Source: an uncultured Prolixibacteraceae bacterium
GTDB lineage: Bacteria; Bacteroidota; Bacteroidia; Bacteroidales; Prolixibacteraceae
Assembly: GCA_964552955.1 (NCBI GenBank)
Contig: CAZKIU010000015.1
Coordinates: 10,897 to 74,896, forward strand
Length of the DNA: 64,000 nucleotides
Reading direction: 5' to 3'
Shown: positions 58,257-64,000 of the stretch, in pieces
Position numbering within the stretch: position 1 is the stretch's first letter
Layout of the letters: every line of letters begins with the position of its first letter
Program-made: the position numbers and the translations under genes
The notes under the pieces: generated by a model
What the model was told of the DNA's origin: nothing
What the model saw: only the letters and a program-made list of their open reading frames with translations
The model's database searches: none

Positions 58257-59417
58257 TTAACTTATTTTCAGCCATTTTGGCGCGTCACTGCTGCCTGCTT
58301 TGACCACGGTATCGATGAATTGCATGCCTCTGACGCCTTCGTCGGCTCCCGGGAAGTCGAGCCATTCGGGCCGGGGCGCGGTGCCGTCGAGGCGTGCCAT
58401 CAGGGTAAGGGCAAAATTACGATAAATATTGGCGAAGGCTTCCAGGTAGCCTTCGGGGTGGCCCCCCGGGGTACGGGTATTGGCAGCAGCCACACCCCCC
58501 ATGAAACAGGTGCCGGTACGGTACACCTCCATAGGCCTGTCGAGCCACTTCAAGATCAGCGTGTTGGGGTCCTGCTGGGCCCATTCGAGCCCTCCCTTTT
58601 CACCGTAGACCCTGATCTTCAAAGCGTTCTCCTCACCCGCAGCAATCTGCGAGGCCATCAGCACGCCACTCGCCCCATTGTCAAAGCGGAGCAGGGCTGC
58701 CCCGTCATCATCCAGAAGCCGGCCGGGAACAAACGTCCTCAGGTCGGCACAGAGTTCCGTGGTCTTCAAACCGGTGATGTATTCAGCCAGGTGATGGGCA
58801 TGGGTGCCTATATCACCCATACAGCCGGCCTTCCCCGACCTGCTGGGGTCGGTACGCCATGAGGCCTGTATATTCCCGCGATCCTCCACCTTCTCGGAGA
58901 GCCACCCCTGGGGATACTCCACGTAAACCTTCCTGATCTGCCCCAGCATCCCTTGTGAAACCATCTCCCGGGCCTGCTTCACCGCCGGGTAACCCGCATA
59001 GGTGTGGGTCAGCGCCAGCAATAATCCACTCTCCCTGACCTTCGCCCTGAGCTGTAAGGCTTCTTCCAGCGTAAACGTAAAAGGCTTGTCCAGAACAACA
59101 TGAAATCCCTTTTCCAGAGCCATCATGGCCGGACCGAAATGAACATGGTTGGGGGTTACAATGGAAACAAAATCCATTCTTTCCCCCTCCGGAAGGGCCG
59201 CCTCCTTATCGATCATCTCCTGCCAGGTCATGTACACCCTGTTCTTCGGGAGAAAAAGGCTTTTCCCTGTGGAAAAAGAGACCTCCGGATGGCTGCTGAA
59301 ACAACCGCAGACCAGCTCTACCCGGCCATCCATGATGGCCGCGAGGCGGTGGATGGCCCCTATAAACGCATTCAGACCACCACCGATCATTCCCATTCTT
59401 AGTTTCCGGTTCATCAT
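58257..59417 (-). CDS. Gfo/Idh/MocA family oxidoreductase (cytoplasmic)
   Basis: Rossmann MGMIGGG, an EKP-equivalent LDKP, and a C-terminal alpha/beta dimerisation domain. No signal peptide. Confidence 0.88.
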   Translation of the reverse strand: MMNRKLRMGMIGGGLNAFIGAIHRLAAIMDGRVELVCGCFSSHPEVSFSTGKSLFLPKNRVYMTWQEMIDKEAALPEGERMDFVSIVTPNHVHFGPAMMALEKGFHVVLDKPFTFTLEEALQLRAKVRESGLLLALTHTYAGYPAVKQAREMVSQGMLGQIRKVYVEYPQGWLSEKVEDRGNIQASWRTDPSRSGKAGCMGDIGTHAHHLAEYITGLKTTELCADLRTFVPGRLLDDDGAALLRFDNGASGVLMASQIAAGEENALKIRVYGEKGGLEWAQQDPNTLILKWLDRPMEVYRTGTCFMGGVAAANTRTPGGHPEGYLEAFANIYRNFALTLMARLDGTAPRPEWLDFPGADEGVRGMQFIDTVVKAGSSDAPKWLKIS

Positions 59418-59575
59418 GTCAGGATTTTTTAATCAGAAAACTCCTAAAAATAACACTCTTTTGGTTACCCATCGCCTTATTGGCCTACTTAATTGTGCAT
59501 GGAGCCTGGAAATAGAGTGCTGCCACAATGGGCCGTTCTGCCCGGATGAATCAAATAAAAAAGAAAATAATGCTA

Positions 59576-60031
59576 TCACTCAGGATGATAGCCTTCATCC
59601 TCGTGCAGAAAGGGAAGATGGGAAGCTTCCACGGCCAGTTGGTCACAACGCTCATTGAGGGGGTTCTCATTGTGCCCTTTGATCCACACAAATCTGACCT
59701 GGTGTTTCTTATATACTTCCAGGAAACGGAGCCACAGATCGGGGTTTTTCTTCCCTTTAAAGCGTTTGTTCAGCCAGTTGAACACCCACCCTTTGTTGAC
59801 CGCATCGGCCACATAACGTGAATCGGTATAGATGGTGACCCGTGATCCTTCGATCCGGAGGGCTTCCAGGGCTACGATGACCGCCAGGAGTTCCATCCTG
59901 TTATTGGTCGTCAGCCGGTAGCCAGCCGAGAGCTCCTTCCGGAGGTTCCCCGAGAGGAGCACGGCTCCATAACCTCCGGGTCCAGGGTTTCCACGGGCCG
60001 CCCCGTCGGTATATATGGTTATTTCAGGCAT
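59576..60031 (-). CDS. rnhA: Ribonuclease HI
   Basis: DEDD residues in the canonical context (IYTDGA, NNRMEL, IYTDS, NERCDQLA). 151 aa. Confidence 0.95.
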   Translation of the reverse strand: MPEITIYTDGAARGNPGPGGYGAVLLSGNLRKELSAGYRLTTNNRMELLAVIVALEALRIEGSRVTIYTDSRYVADAVNKGWVFNWLNKRFKGKKNPDLWLRFLEVYKKHQVRFVWIKGHNENPLNERCDQLAVEASHLPFLHEDEGYHPE

Positions 60032-60140
60032 GTCGTACTATTACGGGCCCCCACACAGAGGCTTCCCCGCAAAGATATAAAAGTGCCGGGGATCGTTCAG
60101 GCTACTGCGATCTAAAAGCAGCCGGAACATAGACGGCGCT

Positions 60141-60182
60141 AAAAAAAGCAGGTACCGGGGGGTGTTATTCCCGGTACCTGCT
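60141..60182 (-). terminator. Intrinsic terminator of the S46 peptidase gene
   Basis: The minus strand reads AGCAGGTACCGGG-N9-CCCGGTACCTGCT followed by TTTTTTT. Confidence 0.8.
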
Positions 60183-60311
60183 GACCCGCCGGCAAGCTAT
60201 TTTTCCACCGGCAGTAATTATCTGGTAATCCAGAAAGTCGCGCAGTAGCAGCTGACTGGCGGCACTCCAGATGGCCCGTCAGTCACCACCCCGCAGGATG
60301 CCCCCGGGAAA

Positions 60312-62459
60312 CTAATCCACCAGGGTCATTTCATCAATCAGATGAGTCGCTCCCGCATATTTGTCGACAACCCAGAGGACAAAACGGATGTCCACGCTGA
60401 TGGTCCGTTGCAGCCCGGGTTCGAAGGCAATGTCACCACTCATGGCTTCCCAGTTGCCATCGAAGGCAATCCCGATGAGTTCTCCATTGGCATTGAGGAC
60501 AGGACTGCCCGAGTTGCCGCCGGTGATATCGTTGTTGCTGATGAAGCAAGTTTCCAGTTCGCCGTTTTTGCTGGCATAACGACCGAAATCACGGGCCTGG
60601 ATCAACTGTTTCATCCGTGCCGGAACATCAAATTCATCATCTCCGGGGATCTCCTTCTCGAGGTAACCCTGTACTGTGGTGGTCTCCTTGTAGAGCACCC
60701 CGTCGCGGGGCTGATAACTGCCCACCGTACCATATGTCAGGCGCATGGTGGAATTGGCATCGGGATAAAAGGTCTTCCCGGCATGCATCTCCATCAGTCC
60801 GGCCAACAGCAGGTGACGCCCCTCCTCCAGCTGGAGGGCGTATTTCTCATTCTCGGAACCTATCTTGCGCATCATGTCGAAAATCTCTCCCGAAGCCTGG
60901 AAGGCCATATCCTTGTCGAGAACCTTTTTCGATGGATTTTTCAGAAAGGCCTCCATTTTGGCCTGGTCACTGAAGAGGGTGCCGGCAAACATCTTGGCCG
61001 CATATTTGGCATAATCGCCTTTGAATTTTGATTTGATCGTGTTATAGAAGGGAGGGTAGTACTTCGGGTCAACCCTGTCGGCATAGAGTTTAAGCAGGGT
61101 AGCGGCCAGTTTCTGGTCGGTAGCGGCATCATAGTCCTTGAAGAATCCCTGAGCCATCTCCCGGAGGTTATCAGCGGCCTGCTTTATCTTATCGCCGTTT
61201 TCGGCGGGTTTCTCCAACAGGTTGTAAAAGGCGCGGGCCCGGTATGCCGTCAGAAAAATCTCAGGCCCCTGCAACAACGCCTCAGTGAGGTAGTTCTGTG
61301 CCACATCATCACCGGTCTCCAGGTAGGCCCCGTTGATCATTTCCAGGGCCTTCCCGTATTTGGCCTTTCTGGCCTGATCCTGGTTGACCCATTGGGTGAA
61401 AGCCTCCTCTTCAGCCTTTTTCCTTTCAATCACATTCAGATTGTCCAGACCGGTATTCTGACCAATGCTATACTTGTAGTAATTGGAGCTTCCGGCATGC
61501 TTGCTGGCATACTGAATCCTGGCTTTCTGGCTGGATTCCATGTATTTGCCGATGATGTCGAGTTTCTTCTCCCTGACATCAATACGGGTTTTATTGGTGA
61601 TATCCATGGTGGCCTGAACCTCGGTGGAGGTACGATAACGGATGGTACGACCGGGATAACCCATGACCATGGCATAATCCCCATCTTTGACGCCCTTCAG
61701 GGAAATAGGGAAGTAGTGACGGGGATGGTAGGGTACATTCTCTTTGGCATAAGGGGCAGGTTTTCCATCGGGCGCACAATAAACCCTGTAAATCGAGAAG
61801 TCGGCGGTATGACGGGGCCACATCCAGTTGTCGGTATCGCCGCCGAACTTACCCAGCGCTTGCGGGGGTGCACCCACCAGACGGACATCACGGAAGGTCT
61901 CATAAACAAAGAGGAAGTAACGGTTCGACTCAAGGAGGCTGGTCACCTGGGCCTGGTAGTGGGTATCCCCAATGGCTTCATTTTCAATCTTAGCGGCTGC
62001 CGTGATCACGGCCTTCTGGCGATCGGCAAAACTCATGTCAGCGGTCACCTGGGCCAATACCTTGTCGGTCACATCCTCGGCACGAACCAGGAAGCGGGCA
62101 ATCTTGGAAGGGTTGGGAAGCTCCTCCTCCCGGCTCTTCGCCCAGAAACCATCGCGCAGGTAATCATGCTCCACGGTCGAATGGCGCTGGATGTCACCAA
62201 AAGCACAATGGTGGTTGGTCAGCATCAACCCGTCGGGAGAGATCATCTCTGCCGTACAACCCCCGATATGCGCCACGGCATCCTTGAGGCTACTATGGTT
62301 GATACTGTAGATATCTTCTGCGGAAAGCTTCAATCCTTTGGCCTGCATATCTCCGATATTCAACTTATGGATCAGCGCGGGCAACCACATGCCCTCATCC
62401 GCCTTTGCAGGTGCCCCCAAAAAAGCCACCAGCACAAAAAGAATAAAAATCTTCCTCAT
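60312..62459 (-). CDS. S46 family dipeptidyl-peptidase (DPP7/DPP11-like)
   Basis: Signal peptide, DEGMWLP N-terminal block, catalytic His (LTNHHC) and Ser (GGNSGSPV). 715 aa. Confidence 0.92.
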   Translation of the reverse strand: MRKIFILFVLVAFLGAPAKADEGMWLPALIHKLNIGDMQAKGLKLSAEDIYSINHSSLKDAVAHIGGCTAEMISPDGLMLTNHHCAFGDIQRHSTVEHDYLRDGFWAKSREEELPNPSKIARFLVRAEDVTDKVLAQVTADMSFADRQKAVITAAAKIENEAIGDTHYQAQVTSLLESNRYFLFVYETFRDVRLVGAPPQALGKFGGDTDNWMWPRHTADFSIYRVYCAPDGKPAPYAKENVPYHPRHYFPISLKGVKDGDYAMVMGYPGRTIRYRTSTEVQATMDITNKTRIDVREKKLDIIGKYMESSQKARIQYASKHAGSSNYYKYSIGQNTGLDNLNVIERKKAEEEAFTQWVNQDQARKAKYGKALEMINGAYLETGDDVAQNYLTEALLQGPEIFLTAYRARAFYNLLEKPAENGDKIKQAADNLREMAQGFFKDYDAATDQKLAATLLKLYADRVDPKYYPPFYNTIKSKFKGDYAKYAAKMFAGTLFSDQAKMEAFLKNPSKKVLDKDMAFQASGEIFDMMRKIGSENEKYALQLEEGRHLLLAGLMEMHAGKTFYPDANSTMRLTYGTVGSYQPRDGVLYKETTTVQGYLEKEIPGDDEFDVPARMKQLIQARDFGRYASKNGELETCFISNNDITGGNSGSPVLNANGELIGIAFDGNWEAMSGDIAFEPGLQRTISVDIRFVLWVVDKYAGATHLIDEMTLVD

Positions 62460-62654
62460 TTGTAAAATTCAGTCATTTAGTGATTTGAAAATACTCTGTT
62501 TTGCCATCCTCCTGACTGGCAGGGGCTGACCTGCGAAAGTAGCAGATGTTTTGGCTTGTAACAAATATTTTTATGAAAATTAACCATTGCCGTCAAGGGG
62601 TTAGGAATCCTGTTGTTCAAAACTTGTTAATTTTGTGCGTTCTTGGAAACAGAG

Positions 62655-63518
62655 ATGGCAGAAAACAAAAAGAGAAAGCAATGGGCAGCCCGGCTGCGTG
62701 ATAAATACCGGTTCATTCTATACAATGACACCACCCTGCAGTCGGTGTGGACCTTTAAACTGACGCCACTGAAGGTCTTCACGGCGGTAAGCCTCTTTTC
62801 GGTGTTTATGATTTCACTGGTCGTATTTCTGGTGGCCTCCACCCCCTTGCGGGAGTACATCCCGGGGTATCCCGGAGAGGAGTACCGCGAAATGCTGCTG
62901 CGCAATGTTCTTATTGTCGATTCCCTGGAAAGGGAACTGACCATCAGGGATAAGTTCTTCAATGACATGAGATCGGTCGTTTCCGGAGAGATCCCCGAAG
63001 ACAAAAGTGCCGGGAAAGAGGTCACTGAAAAGAATACCCGCATCGAATACAAGCCTTACAATACCGATTCGGTCTTTCAGGACAAGATCCTGGAGGAGCG
63101 GTTGAATCTGTCGGCCGGTGCCACCCGGGAAAAAGGGGAGTCACCCGAGAAAATTCATTTTTACATTCCCGTGAAAGGTCTGATCACCAATAAGTTTGAT
63201 GCCCGCAAAGAGCATTACGGTGTTGATCTGGTGGGGCAGCCCAATTCCAGGATTTCGGCAGTATTGGCGGGGACGGTTCTTTTTTCGGGGTGGACGCTGG
63301 AAACGGGCAACGTGATTTATATCCAGCATGAGAATAACCTGACCTCGGCTTACAAGCACAATGCGGAGTTGCTGAAGCGGACGGGAGAAGCGGTGAAGGC
63401 CGGCGAGGCCATCGCCATTATCGGCAATTCAGGAGAGCTCAGTACCGGGCCACACCTTCATTTCGAGTTGTGGTACAATGGCAAACCTGTAGATCCCATG
63501 AATTACATCGTATTCTAA
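62655..63518 (+). CDS. M23 family metallopeptidase (active-type LytM domain), membrane anchored
   Basis: One TM helix and intact HxxxD (HYGVDL) and HxH (HLHFELW) motifs. Confidence 0.9.
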   Translation: MAENKKRKQWAARLRDKYRFILYNDTTLQSVWTFKLTPLKVFTAVSLFSVFMISLVVFLVASTPLREYIPGYPGEEYREMLLRNVLIVDSLERELTIRDKFFNDMRSVVSGEIPEDKSAGKEVTEKNTRIEYKPYNTDSVFQDKILEERLNLSAGATREKGESPEKIHFYIPVKGLITNKFDARKEHYGVDLVGQPNSRISAVLAGTVLFSGWTLETGNVIYIQHENNLTSAYKHNAELLKRTGEAVKAGEAIAIIGNSGELSTGPHLHFELWYNGKPVDPMNYIVF

Positions 63519-64000
63519 TGAGCATAAAAAGGATAGCCCTTTTGGGGTCGACAGGGAGTATCGGGCGGCAGACCCTTGACGTGGTGGAGAGAAATCCCGG
63601 CCGTTTTGAAGTGGAGGTGCTCACGGCATACAACAACACGGAACTGTTGATTGCGCAGGCCCGTAAGTTCCAGCCCAACATGGTGGTCATCGGCAATGAT
63701 GCGAAGTACCAGGAGGTCAGGGAGGCCTTGAGCGACGAGCCGGTGAAGGTCTTTGCGGGGGCCGGGGCCATCGGTGAGGCAGTGGTCCTGGAGAGCGTTG
63801 ATATGGTAGTGACGGCCATGGTGGGCTATTCGGGGCTGCTTCCGACGCTCAGGGCCGTGGAAGCCGGCAAGGACATCGCCCTGGCCAACAAGGAGACCCT
63901 GGTGGTCGCCGGTGAGATGATCACCCGCCTGGCCCGGGAGAAGGGCGTCGACCTCCTCCCGGTCGATTCCGAGCACTCCGCCATTTTCCAATGCCTGGCC
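63518..64000 (+). CDS. dxr: 1-deoxy-D-xylulose 5-phosphate reductoisomerase, N-terminal 161 codons (3' end outside the window)
   Basis: Not in the ORF track because no stop occurs before the window edge. The ATG overlaps the previous stop (TAATG). LGSTGSIG NADPH motif, ANKE, DSEHSAIFQCL. Confidence 0.92.
   Translation, partial: MSIKRIALLGSTGSIGRQTLDVVERNPGRFEVEVLTAYNNTELLIAQARKFQPNMVVIGNDAKYQEVREALSDEPVKVFAGAGAIGEAVVLESVDMVVTAMVGYSGLLPTLRAVEAGKDIALANKETLVVAGEMITRLAREKGVDLLPVDSEHSAIFQCLA

Noticed and set aside
1-64000. Mobile elements, prophage, integrative islands, toxin-antitoxin or defence cassettes, rRNA, tmRNA, RNase P and SRP RNA
   Set aside because: No transposase, integrase, recombinase, reverse-transcriptase or phage-structural signatures appear in any listed ORF, and there are no terminal inverted repeats or tRNA-adjacent junctions. 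The single tRNA-Leu sits between tig and lptB with no flanking foreign genes. The signature motifs I looked for (GGAAAGTCCGG for RNase P, GGAAGCAGCC for SRP, a tmRNA 3' tRNA-like end) were not seen in the intergenic regions. This was an eye scan, not a covariance-model search.

Overview
The window reads as a densely packed, moderately GC-rich chromosomal segment of a Bacteroidota bacterium. Supporting signs are the SprA/T9SS translocon, an S46 dipeptidyl-peptidase, the dut-TPR-DUF4292-M23 block, many SPII lipoproteins and TAnnTTTG-type -7 promoter boxes. A glycyl-radical enzyme suggests an anaerobe. About 58 protein genes and one tRNA-Leu(UAG) are supported, and most are housekeeping: ribD/ribF, prmC, lpxH, tig-clpP-clpX, lptB, tatC, recQ, ahcY, greA, dnaE-trxA, dut, gcvH, nrdJ, waaA, rnhA, dxr. 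I see no CRISPR array, transposase, integrase, prophage or recognisable defence cassette, and I cannot point to a clear-cut novel multi-gene system. The observations most worth a second look are: (1) a secreted GH32 beta-fructosidase homolog with all three catalytic carboxylates replaced; (2) a five-gene Gfo/Idh/MocA, xylose-isomerase-like TIM barrel, thioesterase and aldo-keto reductase cluster with the logic of a 3-keto-sugar oxidise/eliminate/reduce pathway; (3) a HypD-like glycyl radical enzyme paired with an unusually minimal activase; (4) a 3 x 44-bp tandem triplication of the 3' end and stop codon of an outer-membrane-like gene, next to a block of uncharacterised secreted proteins; (5) two further catalytically degenerate envelope lipoproteins, one TlpA-like without CXXC and one Rieske-like with a broken ligand motif. 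The many long antisense ORFs in the track are codon-register mirror ORFs and are rejected as genes.
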